Origin: a virus
Lineage: Duplodnaviria > Caudoviricetes
Strand: one strand, 5' to 3'
IMG/VR virus record: IMGVR_UViG_3300044707_000344
Location: 1-53,481 of that record
DNA length: 53,481 nucleotides
Under the pieces are notes generated by a model. It ran no database searches, had not been told where the DNA came from, and saw only the letters and a program-made list of their open reading frames with translations. The position numbers were made by a program, and so were the translations under genes. Below, piece by piece: positions 25,568 through 33,180 of this stretch. The first letter of the stretch is position 1, and every line of letters starts with the position of its first letter.

Positions 25568-26739
25568 AGATCCTGGCGGCTGCGTCCGCTGGTTCCTCGC
25601 CGAAGCCAGCACCGGATGCCGAGCAAGTCACGCAGCGGCGTGATGGAGACGTGCTCGAGGCACGGTCCACGAGCCGTCGAATCAAGACGGTGGAGGATCT
25701 GCTGCGGCACATCGAGGCGGACCTTGAACGCTACGAGGTCGCCGCGAGCGAGGCAACGAAATGGGAGTGTGCGACTGCTGGAGATGACGGCGAGCCGATC
25801 GTCACCGAGTTGCATCGTGTGTTCGTGCGTCTCAAGCCACGCGGCGGCCCGACGACGAAAGAGATCGTCGAGGCGATGATTGCTGGTGCGTCGGGCGGCA
25901 TTCGCCGGCCCTTGACCAAAGCTGTCAAGGCACAGAAACGCGACGGCCTGTGGCAAGTCTTGCCGGTGAGCGACACGCACCTCGGAAACTACGCCTGGAG
26001 CCAGACGACCGGAGCGGGCGATTGGGATCTGTCTATTGCGGAGCGTGTCATCGGCCAGGCTGCTGGTGAGTTGCTCGCGGTGGGGGACACGCACAAGCCG
26101 GCCCGCAGGACGATTGCGTTCCTCGGCGACCTCTTCCACTACGATCGGGCCGAGCGTGCCGAGACATCGAGCGGCACTCCGCTAGAGCGAGACGGGCGGC
26201 TGCAGAAGATGATCCAGGTTGGTGCGGCCGTTTTGCTTGGCATCGTTGAGCGATCCGCCGAAACCTGCCCGACGGACGTCGTGCTCGTGCAAGGCAACCA
26301 CGATGAAATGCTGTCGTGGGCATTCCATCGCATCCTGATTGAGCGATTCCGCAACGATCGCCGCGTGAAGATCGACGAGCGGTACACGGGCCGCAAGTAC
26401 CTTGCGAGCGGCAAAACGCTGCTCGGCTTCTGCCACGGCCACAAGGCAAAGCGTCGGCTCCCGCAGCTGATGGCACTGGAGGCTGCGGAGGAGTGGGCTC
26501 GCTGCCCGTACCGCGAGTGGCACACCGGGCACTATCACTCGTCGGCTGCGGAGTGGTCGAGACCGATTGAGACGCTCGACGGCGTGCTGACGCGGGTCAG
26601 CCCGTCGCTCTGTGCTCCTGACGATTGGCACGCCAGCCACGGATTCTTGAACACTAGACAGTGCATGGAGACTTTCATCTACGCCGCCGAGGGCGGACTC
26701 ACAGCCATGCACGTTTCGACTCCGAAAGGGACACGATGA
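25540..26739 (+). CDS. Calcineurin-like metallophosphoesterase
   Basis: DTHLG, GDLFH, GNHD, HGH, GHYH motifs. Confidence 0.88.
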   Translation: MAAPRRRAVEILAAASAGSSPKPAPDAEQVTQRRDGDVLEARSTSRRIKTVEDLLRHIEADLERYEVAASEATKWECATAGDDGEPIVTELHRVFVRLKPRGGPTTKEIVEAMIAGASGGIRRPLTKAVKAQKRDGLWQVLPVSDTHLGNYAWSQTTGAGDWDLSIAERVIGQAAGELLAVGDTHKPARRTIAFLGDLFHYDRAERAETSSGTPLERDGRLQKMIQVGAAVLLGIVERSAETCPTDVVLVQGNHDEMLSWAFHRILIERFRNDRRVKIDERYTGRKYLASGKTLLGFCHGHKAKRRLPQLMALEAAEEWARCPYREWHTGHYHSSAAEWSRPIETLDGVLTRVSPSLCAPDDWHASHGFLNTRQCMETFIYAAEGGLTAMHVSTPKGTR

Positions 26740-27257
26740 CCACCACGCTCGACGAATCCGTATCCGCACTCCGCTCTGCCGTCGAAGCTCGACTCGCAGG
26801 CACACCTGCCAATGATCCCAAAATGCAGGGCTATCGCCTGCCCGGTGACGGCATCCTCAACGCCAGCCCCGAGACCTACGCGGAGTGGACGCCGCCAGCG
26901 TTTGCTTCTGCGAGAGTCGCGGACGTGCATCCGACGAGCCAAGCGTTCTTTGATCTGTGCGATGCCATCAAGGAAATGCACCGGAGGAAGAGCGCCGATT
27001 ACGGGTGTCCGAGCGGCACGGACCCGCTGGCGAACATCCGCAGCGGGGCGAAGTTTGTCGGCATCCCGTCGTGGAAGGGTGCGATGGTGCGGCTGTCTGA
27101 CAAGGTGACGCGGCTCGCCGCGTACAACGCGACAGGCCGGCTGGAGAACGAATCGCTCGAGGACAACCTTTTCGACCTGGCGTCCTACGCACTGCTGGCA
27201 TTGCTCTTGCACCGCGAGGAACAGCAGTGTGCCGCGACCGATGAGGTCGTCGGCTGA
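26736..27257 (+). CDS. Nucleotide modification-associated domain 1 (DUF1599, MazG-like) protein
   Basis: RKSADYG...DPLAN, RLSDKVTRL, ESLEDNLFDLASY. Confidence 0.75.
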   Translation: MTTTLDESVSALRSAVEARLAGTPANDPKMQGYRLPGDGILNASPETYAEWTPPAFASARVADVHPTSQAFFDLCDAIKEMHRRKSADYGCPSGTDPLANIRSGAKFVGIPSWKGAMVRLSDKVTRLAAYNATGRLENESLEDNLFDLASYALLALLLHREEQQCAATDEVVG

Positions 27258-27323
27258 GCCGGGCGGCGGGTTGCAGTTCGTGCGTGTTTCTCCCTTTCCA
27301 CGCGCGACTCCCCGCCTGCTCGG

Positions 27324-28181
27324 TCAGCCGATGGCAGGAAGCACATCGCACGGCGGAGGCTCGCGGTCCGTCATACGGCGGTCGAGGTACCATCGCTGCG
27401 TGATCCTCGGGCTGGAGTGGTCGAGCAGCTTCGTCGCATCGCCGCCGAGAGCTGCGTAGTGACTCGCCGCCGAGCGGCGCAGCTGGTGGAAGCCGCTGCC
27501 CCTGCCGTGGCCGAGGCCCGCACGGGCTACGATGTCCTTGTATTTCGACCACAGGTACGTCGGATGCTGCGGCCATTCAAGCAGCTTTCCGGTGCCGCAG
27601 GCCAGACGCACGGCTTCGCACGTCGCCTCGGATAGCTGATACACGCGGTCGCGCTTCCCGCCCTTCCGGTACTCGGCGCGCACCGACAGGAACGGCGGCG
27701 AGAAGTCCTCGGGCAGACACGATAGCACCGCGCCGATCCGTTCGGCCGTCTCCCACAGCACGCTCAGGAGTGCTGTGTACCAGATGCCAGCACGCACGGC
27801 CCCGACCGTGCCGCGTGTTGCGGCGGCGGCCCGCATGAGGGCTTGCAGCTGCTCGACTGACCATGCCGTCGGCACTCGCTCTGGCAGCGGAGCAGGAGGA
27901 ACGCATGGACGATCTTTTAGCACGCCGCGGTCGGCCGCGCACCGCCACAGCGACAACAACTGCGTGCGTTCTTTCTCGGCTGTGTACGGACTGCGGATCG
28001 ACGCTCGATGCTCAAGGTATCGGCTGATCGTCAGGTCTGTCAGGTCGTCGAGCGTCGGTATGTAGCCGAGCCACTTTGCAAACGCGCGGATCGTGCAACC
28101 GTACAGCCTCGTCGTGTTTGCCGAGCGTCCTCGCAGACGCAGCGGCCGGTAGAAGTCGTCAAAGAAGTTCTGAAGTGTCAT
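27324..28181 (-). CDS. int: Tyrosine recombinase/integrase
   Basis: Catalytic R (TAERIG), K (RKGGK), HQLRR, LDHSS, WY; 285 aa with no obvious arm-binding N-domain. Confidence 0.92.
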   Translation of the reverse strand: MTLQNFFDDFYRPLRLRGRSANTTRLYGCTIRAFAKWLGYIPTLDDLTDLTISRYLEHRASIRSPYTAEKERTQLLSLWRCAADRGVLKDRPCVPPAPLPERVPTAWSVEQLQALMRAAAATRGTVGAVRAGIWYTALLSVLWETAERIGAVLSCLPEDFSPPFLSVRAEYRKGGKRDRVYQLSEATCEAVRLACGTGKLLEWPQHPTYLWSKYKDIVARAGLGHGRGSGFHQLRRSAASHYAALGGDATKLLDHSSPRITQRWYLDRRMTDREPPPCDVLPAIG

Positions 28182-28272
28182 CGGCGGGCCTCTGTTGAGG
28201 TATAGGCCACGCCTCCGTGCTGGTGTTGTGCATCCTGCTTGAAGTAGTCGTAGCGGTTGTGCGGGCCTCCTA

Positions 28273-28291
28273 GAGTCCTGTCCCCGCCATT
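28273..28291 (+). other. Candidate attP core: tRNA 3'-end-like fragment
   Basis: GAGTCCTGTCCCCGCCA resembles the T-loop 3' half, T-stem and acceptor strand of a tRNA starting GGCGGGG; intergenic next to int. Confidence 0.5.
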
Positions 28292-28357
28292 TGACTCCCA
28301 GCCGTCCAACGTGGGCGGCTGGCTGTCTTTGTCACGAATACCACCGGTACGCGAACA

Positions 28358-28579
28358 ATGCAAAAGGCACCTGAGTGGATTTCAGTCCCCGTCGCCGCCG
28401 AACTCCTTGGCTGCACGGACGTTTGGGTCATCAAAATGATTGAACGTGGCGACTTAGAAGGGTTTCGGCTCAACGGCCGAGCCTGGGCCGTCAACAAAAA
28501 GAGCGTCGAGAAAAACTTGCAAGAGTACCTCAATCGCGACCCCGCCCTTTCTGGCAGAAAGAGATCGAAACTCGTGTAG
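28358..28579 (+). CDS. Excisionase-like (MerR-type/HTH_17) DNA-binding protein
   Basis: WISVPVAAELLGC...IERGDLEG...AWAV; divergent from int. Confidence 0.75.
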   Translation: MQKAPEWISVPVAAELLGCTDVWVIKMIERGDLEGFRLNGRAWAVNKKSVEKNLQEYLNRDPALSGRKRSKLV

Positions 28580-28613
28580 CGACTATTGACACGGAAGTGA
28601 ATAGAGCCTACGA

Positions 28614-28868
28614 ATGAGGGAGAACGGCGTGGAGGAGCAGCAAGTGGTCTATATTTCTGGTCAGGAAGCGGCGCGGCGGCTCGGCTGTGCGCCGATCACG
28701 GTGAGTCGCATCGCTCGGCAGCAAGGCATCGGCGTCATCGTCGAGGACGGGCGGCTGGCTGCGCTTGCCACGACGGATCTTCTGAGGATCAAGCCGTTCC
28801 TCCACCCGACCGCAGGCAATCCGCTCTGGATTGCCGCGAAGAAGAAGCGCAAGAAACGCGAAGCGTGA
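28614..28868 (+). CDS. HTH DNA-binding protein
   Basis: YISGQEAARRLGCAPITVSRIA; CTATTGACA upstream at 28583-28591. Confidence 0.65.
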   Translation: MRENGVEEQQVVYISGQEAARRLGCAPITVSRIARQQGIGVIVEDGRLAALATTDLLRIKPFLHPTAGNPLWIAAKKKRKKREA

Positions 28869-28870
28869 CG

Positions 28871-29020
28871 TTCCCAGCTATATAGGGAATTTCACACAGG
28901 GCAAAAACGCTTCGCGGCAGCACGTTTTCGCGGCACCCCCGCCTAAACGGTTGCGCCGCAATGGTTTAGACGGCCGCCAGAATTGCCGCGGAAACGTGTC
29001 CTGCCGCCCTTTGTTTTGGG
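28871..29020. repeat. 150-bp palindromic element, copy A (ori-like)
   Basis: Aligns without gaps to 37659-37808; internal inverted repeats. Confidence 0.8.
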
Positions 29021-29125
29021 GCAGACCCGGGGTACGTCGAACTTTTGACACGCCCCTGATTCGGCCAGCCCTATATAGAAAAGGGGCTTTCTCCCGCGAA
29101 ATACGCAGCAAAAAAAATTTTACCC

Positions 29126-29188
29126 CGCCCCTATTGACAGCCGATAAAGAATTGGTAGAATGAGGGGGTCAACGCGGCGGACCCCGCG
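29126..29188 (+). promoter_or_regulatory. Strong sigma70-type early promoter P1 plus leader hairpin
   Basis: TTGACA (29134)-N16-TAGAAT (29156), extended -10 TG, upstream A-tract; duplicated at 31253. Confidence 0.85.
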
Positions 29189-29214
29189 AGACGCCAACAA
29201 CGGAGAACACGACG

Positions 29215-29481
29215 ATGACCAATCGCAAAATCGAACGCATCGCAGCCACCGACGTGCAGGACGGCGACATCATCTTCACCTACGGCTATCGGTGCCGTGC
29301 CAGCGGGTGCCACGATTCGACGGCAGGCGACGGCCAGAAGGTTCGCACGTTCATCCTGACCAGCGAACCGGATGCGCTCAACGGCCAACGGCTGACCGGC
29401 GGCTTCAACGGTGGCCGGTACGGCGGCAACGCCCGCGCGACTTATGGCCGCGAGGTTGTGCCGCACACGGTCGAGGGCTGA
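29215..29481 (+). CDS. Early hypothetical protein
   Basis: ACGGAG RBS; first gene after P1. Confidence 0.75.
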   Translation: MTNRKIERIAATDVQDGDIIFTYGYRCRASGCHDSTAGDGQKVRTFILTSEPDALNGQRLTGGFNGGRYGGNARATYGREVVPHTVEG

Positions 29482-29492
29482 TTGTTCGGATA

Positions 29493-29530
29493 CCCGTGCT
29501 GCGGGCGTTCCGCAGCACGGGCGGGACTGA
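29493..29530 (+). promoter_or_regulatory. GCGTT-loop hairpin 1 followed by GGACTGA
   Basis: 12-bp perfect stem CCCGTGCTGCGG/CCGCAGCACGGG. Confidence 0.7.
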
Positions 29531-29555
29531 CGGGACTTCAACGGAGGACGGGACG

Positions 29556-29858
29556 ATGGCATTCAAGTTTCCCTGCGACATGACGGAGGACGAGCGGGAG
29601 CAGTATCACCGCCAGCGGTTCGAGGACGATCGTCGGGCCGGTGCGAAGAGGTTCGGTCTGAAGACCGACGAGGTGCTGTTCTACAACAGTGGCATCTGCT
29701 ACGACCGGATCGTCGTGACAACGATGCGGGCAGCGAGGAAGGTCGCCAAGGCGGTCAAAGGCGGCACGGTGAACGGCGGCTACCTCGACGGGATGCCGCT
29801 CGGCGGTATCAGCGAAGAGAAGCGTGAAGACAAAGTGGCCTACAGCGTGTACTGCTAA
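29556..29858 (+). CDS. Early hypothetical protein
   Basis: CGGAGGACGGGACGATG leader, identical to that of the next gene. Confidence 0.75.
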   Translation: MAFKFPCDMTEDEREQYHRQRFEDDRRAGAKRFGLKTDEVLFYNSGICYDRIVVTTMRAARKVAKAVKGGTVNGGYLDGMPLGGISEEKREDKVAYSVYC

Positions 29859-29864
29859 TCGGTG

Positions 29865-29913
29865 CCTGCCCCGGCGGGTGCGTTGCCCGCCGGGGCAGGA
29901 CTGATTGTTCGGA
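29865..29913 (+). promoter_or_regulatory. GCGTT-loop hairpin 2 followed by (GG)ACTGATTGTTCGGA
   Basis: 14-bp perfect stem plus a T-G pair closing the GCGTT loop. Confidence 0.7.
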
Positions 29914-29939
29914 AACCTAATCAACCGGAGGACGGGACG

Positions 29940-30497
29940 ATGAGTGCAAATCAGGTGTTGGCAGTATTTCACGCCGCGCTCAAGCGGCACGCGACAAACA
30001 GGGCAGGCGACTATCTAGCCGGGGCGTTTATCGCCGTCCCGCACCAGCTTCCGCCGACGTTGATGGACAACAGTTTCAGCCCGCCCGATGAGGAAGCAGG
30101 CGACCAGCACGTCCTGGGCGACCACGACTTTCACCGCTGCGTGTCGTTGGTCGACGGCCTGGACTATGCCGGGCATCAGGCCATCAAGGTGCAGGCTCTC
30201 GCCGCCCAAAGGCTGCGATTGGTACTAGGCTCGGATTGGCAGGAGCGCGTCCTGTGCGACCTCTATTCTGGGACCGCGATGAGCGACCCCGACTACCGGC
30301 GATTGGCAGAGCCGCTGCTGTGGGATTGCGTCTGGCCCGAGGTCGATGCTGACAGGTGCTTGACCGGTCGGCTTGTCGACGACAGCGAAGGCTACGCCAA
30401 CGTCATGAACGAGGCCATGATGAGTGAGGACGTAGCCAGGGCTGCCGGGCTGGTGATCGAGGACGGGTACGTTCACGACAGTCAGGAGGCGCAGTGA
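29940..30497 (+). CDS. Early hypothetical protein
   Basis: GGAGG RBS; 185 aa. Confidence 0.75.
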   Translation: MSANQVLAVFHAALKRHATNRAGDYLAGAFIAVPHQLPPTLMDNSFSPPDEEAGDQHVLGDHDFHRCVSLVDGLDYAGHQAIKVQALAAQRLRLVLGSDWQERVLCDLYSGTAMSDPDYRRLAEPLLWDCVWPEVDADRCLTGRLVDDSEGYANVMNEAMMSEDVARAAGLVIEDGYVHDSQEAQ

Positions 30498-30964
30498 TGC
30501 AGACCTTCCTCCCCTGTCCTTCGTTCAACGAGTCTGCCCGCTGTCTCGATTACCGCCGCCTTGGCAAGCAGCGTGTCGAGTGCAAGCAGATTCTGCTCGC
30601 GCTCGGCGTGCCGGTTGGCGAGCACCAACCGAAGCCGACGGCGTGGGCGAATCATCCGGCAGCGAGAATGTGGCGCGGCCACGAGTTCACGCTTGTCGAG
30701 TACGCCATCGAGGTGTGCCACGAGTGGATACGTCGTGGCTACAACGACACACTGCTGCCGCAGTTCAAAGAGTGCTGGTGGCAGATCGCGTGGAGCAGCG
30801 ACCGTCTGATGGCGTCTCCTAACTGGATCGGCTACGACGCGTTCCACGCCAGCCATCGCAGCAACCTGCTCCGCAAGGATCGCCAGCACTACGGGCGGTT
30901 CGGTTGGAAAGAGCCCGCCGACCTTGAGTACGTGTGGCCGGTCGAGAAGGAGGTGGCGGCATGA
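30497..30964 (+). CDS. MSMEG_6728-like / pyrimidine-dimer DNA glycosylase family protein
   Basis: MQTFLP...LDYRRLGKQRVE, NHPA.RMWRG, SHRSNLLRKD, YVWP. Confidence 0.85.
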   Translation: MQTFLPCPSFNESARCLDYRRLGKQRVECKQILLALGVPVGEHQPKPTAWANHPAARMWRGHEFTLVEYAIEVCHEWIRRGYNDTLLPQFKECWWQIAWSSDRLMASPNWIGYDAFHASHRSNLLRKDRQHYGRFGWKEPADLEYVWPVEKEVAA

Positions 30965-31206
30965 TCCGCGACCTTCTCCGCACCGTCTGCGTGATCGCCG
31001 CGATGGCGTCGGCCTGCTCGCTGCTCATCGAGACGCGGCTGCAACTTGCTTCGATCGACATCGCGCAGCGTCAGGCGGTGATGCCTATGGCGGGCCTGCC
31101 GACTGCGTACCCTCAGCCTGCACCGGCCTCGCCGCCGGGGCGGCTGCGGGTCTTCGGGCGGGCGGTTCTCGATCTGGCCGACGCGGGCCTGGGGGTGGTG
31201 CGGTGA
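30961..31206 (+). CDS. Small membrane-anchored protein
   Basis: GGAGG RBS, ATGA overlap, N-terminal hydrophobic segment. Confidence 0.65.
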   Translation: MIRDLLRTVCVIAAMASACSLLIETRLQLASIDIAQRQAVMPMAGLPTAYPQPAPASPPGRLRVFGRAVLDLADAGLGVVR

Positions 31207-31252
31207 AGACCCCCAGAAAACACCGGGAAAATAGGGGCAAAAAAATAATCCA

Positions 31253-31314
31253 CGCCCCTATTGACAGCCGATAAATATTGTGTATAATGAGGGCATGACG
31301 CGGCGGACCCCGCG
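31253..31314 (+). promoter_or_regulatory. Strong sigma70-type early promoter P2 plus leader hairpin
   Basis: TTGACA (31261)-N16-TATAAT (31283); 23-bp and 17-bp blocks identical to P1. Confidence 0.9.
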
Positions 31315-31341
31315 GCAGGACAACGAAACGGAGGACGAACG

Positions 31342-31554
31342 ATGTACGAGTTTGCGATCAAGACAAAAATCGGCTGGGTGGCTGGGATCAACCGGGCTCA
31401 CATGGTTGTGACTTGCACGACAGACATTCGGCTCGTGAAGACGTTCAAGACGCACAAGGCGGCGAACGCATTTCGCCGCAAGTACGAAAACACCGGAATG
31501 GGCCTGAACGCTGACGCCGAGGTGGTTCAAGTACCGTTCTTTTTTGGATGCTGA
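31342..31554 (+). CDS. Early hypothetical protein
   Basis: ACGGAGG RBS after P2. Confidence 0.7.
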   Translation: MYEFAIKTKIGWVAGINRAHMVVTCTTDIRLVKTFKTHKAANAFRRKYENTGMGLNADAEVVQVPFFFGC

Positions 31555-31594
31555 TTGTTCGGACTTCCAATCAAACCACAACGGAGACACGACG

Positions 31595-31795
31595 ATGACC
31601 CCTGCTAGCAAGATGGACTTCAAGAAGATTCAAGACGCGATCCGGATGCTCGGCCGAGACGATATGCGGACGCGGCTCACGACGAAGATCGGCGACAACC
31701 CCGCCAACGTGGACGCCACGCTGACGCTGATCGAGAACCTGTGTGCCGTGATCCGGCAGCAGGAGGGGCTGGTGGTCGAGGAGATCGAGTGCTGA
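31595..31795 (+). CDS. Early hypothetical protein
   Basis: ACGGAG RBS; leader similar to that of 29215. Confidence 0.7.
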   Translation: MTPASKMDFKKIQDAIRMLGRDDMRTRLTTKIGDNPANVDATLTLIENLCAVIRQQEGLVVEEIEC

Positions 31796-31802
31796 CTGAC
31801 TT

Positions 31803-31852
31803 GCGGCTCGGCCGCGTTGGCCGTGCCGCTGGACTGATTGTTTAGGTTCGGA
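31803..31852 (+). promoter_or_regulatory. GCGTT-loop hairpin 3 followed by GGACTGATTGTT
   Basis: GCGGC-T-CGGCC/GGCCG-T-GCCGC stem with GCGTT loop. Confidence 0.65.
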
Positions 31853-31873
31853 AACTAACGGAGGACTCTGACT

Positions 31874-32761
31874 ATGAACGAGATGATCACCTGCAACGTG
31901 GCCGACAAGGTTCGCTCGGCCTTCAATTTCAGCATCGATAAGTTCCCGCTGCGGGGACCGGAGAACATGGCCACGCCGTTCTACGGCCTGTTCCGGTCTG
32001 ATACCGGCGCGGCGGTCGGCTACGGATCGGTCAGCGACCGCTACACGCCGCACACGACTGACGACGTGCTGGCGTTGGTCGAAGCGGCCGGCGTGGCGTT
32101 CGACGGCGTGGCCGATGTGAAGTGTTATTTCGACCACGGCCACTACGTCACGGTCCAGCCGACGAAGGAGCAGCGGCTCGCGGTGTACGGCACGAGGGAC
32201 AACGTGTTTCCTCGCATCGTGATCGACGCCGGCTACGGCGGGCAGGCGTTCCGCGCCTCGCTCGGAATGTATCGCGACGCCTGCCGCAACATGATGATCC
32301 TGCGGCAAGCCGAGGGCACGAACGTGGCGATCCGCCATACGTCGAGCCTGCTGCTTCAGATGGACGAACTGATCGCGACGTTCGCTTCGCTGGAAGCGGG
32401 CTGGGGCAACCTCACGGCTGTCGTGCAGCAGATGCAGTCCCGCGAGGTTCGGATGGTCGAGTTTCTCAACGCGATCTACGGCGAGCCGAAGTCTGACGAA
32501 CGCCGCTCGGTCACGATGCACCGGCACCGCACAGAGGCCATCTTCCGCCGCCTGTCGTCGGAGCGGATGGTCACGGGCCGGGGCTCGCTCGGCTCCGACT
32601 TCGTGGTCACAGGCTGGGAAGCGTTCAACGCGGTCCAGGGATACGTCCAGCACGACAGCATCCGCCGCGGTCGGCCGACCGAGATGGAGCGGATCGTGCG
32701 GGCGCTGCACGACGGCAAGGTTGCACAGGCCGAAAGGCTTGCACTGACGATGGCGGTCTAG
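31874..32761 (+). CDS. DUF932-like domain protein
   Basis: RSDTG...VSDRY, RDACRNMM, IRHT, GWEAFNAV. Confidence 0.7.
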   Translation: MNEMITCNVADKVRSAFNFSIDKFPLRGPENMATPFYGLFRSDTGAAVGYGSVSDRYTPHTTDDVLALVEAAGVAFDGVADVKCYFDHGHYVTVQPTKEQRLAVYGTRDNVFPRIVIDAGYGGQAFRASLGMYRDACRNMMILRQAEGTNVAIRHTSSLLLQMDELIATFASLEAGWGNLTAVVQQMQSREVRMVEFLNAIYGEPKSDERRSVTMHRHRTEAIFRRLSSERMVTGRGSLGSDFVVTGWEAFNAVQGYVQHDSIRRGRPTEMERIVRALHDGKVAQAERLALTMAV

Positions 32762-32792
32762 TCCCCCGCCAGACGCCGCGTAAGCGGCAGTC

Positions 32793-32841
32793 GCCGTGGC
32801 GGGTGGGTTCCACCGTTCCCCCGCCCGCCACGGCTCTTTTC
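32793..32841 (+). terminator. Rho-independent terminator
   Basis: 15-bp stem GCCGTGGCGGGTGGG/CCCGCCCGCCACGGC followed by TCTTTT. Confidence 0.65.
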
Positions 32842-32874
32842 AAACAACGAACGGCAACCAAAGAAAGGGACAAC

Positions 32875-33180
32875 GTGGAACACATCAACAAGGGCACTCC
32901 GGTCTACAGCGCGTACATCGGAACGAACCCGGAGCTTCACTGGATCGACGAGGGAGTGATCTCGGAGATCGTCTTCAACGGCCAGCCGCTGGTGAGATGC
33001 GGCGACGCGCTAGTGCCGTATGGCAAGAAGTGGCGACTGACGAAGGCTGATGCTCGCCGCGACATTCACGCCGCGCTCATTCGGCACATCGGGAAGCTGC
33101 AGGCCGAGGCCGACAAGATGGCCGACGAGATCCTCCACGAAGACCTCGCTACGGAGGAGGTGACTCGTGGCGTGGCATGA
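32875..33180 (+). CDS. Hypothetical protein
   Basis: AAAGGGA RBS before GTG. Confidence 0.65.
   Translation: MEHINKGTPVYSAYIGTNPELHWIDEGVISEIVFNGQPLVRCGDALVPYGKKWRLTKADARRDIHAALIRHIGKLQAEADKMADEILHEDLATEEVTRGVA

Noticed and set aside
28240-28300. Complete tRNA gene
   Set aside because: Only a 3'-end-like fragment is present; no D arm, anticodon arm or GGTTC T-arm 5' half upstream.
28831-29163. 110-aa ORF across the palindromic element (and 37670-37855)
   Set aside because: The region is better explained as non-coding inverted repeats and promoter; the translations look non-biological.
29478-31860. Classical integron attC array or CRISPR array
   Set aside because: No RYYYAAC/GTTRRRY R boxes bounding the hairpins, no evident IntI-specific insertion in the integrase, and the repeats are separated by whole genes rather than constant-length spacers. 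Kept only as a loose analogy.
32832-32846. boxA-like GGCTCTTTTCAAACA
   Set aside because: More simply explained as the 3' stem end and U-tract of the terminator at 32793-32841; single occurrence.
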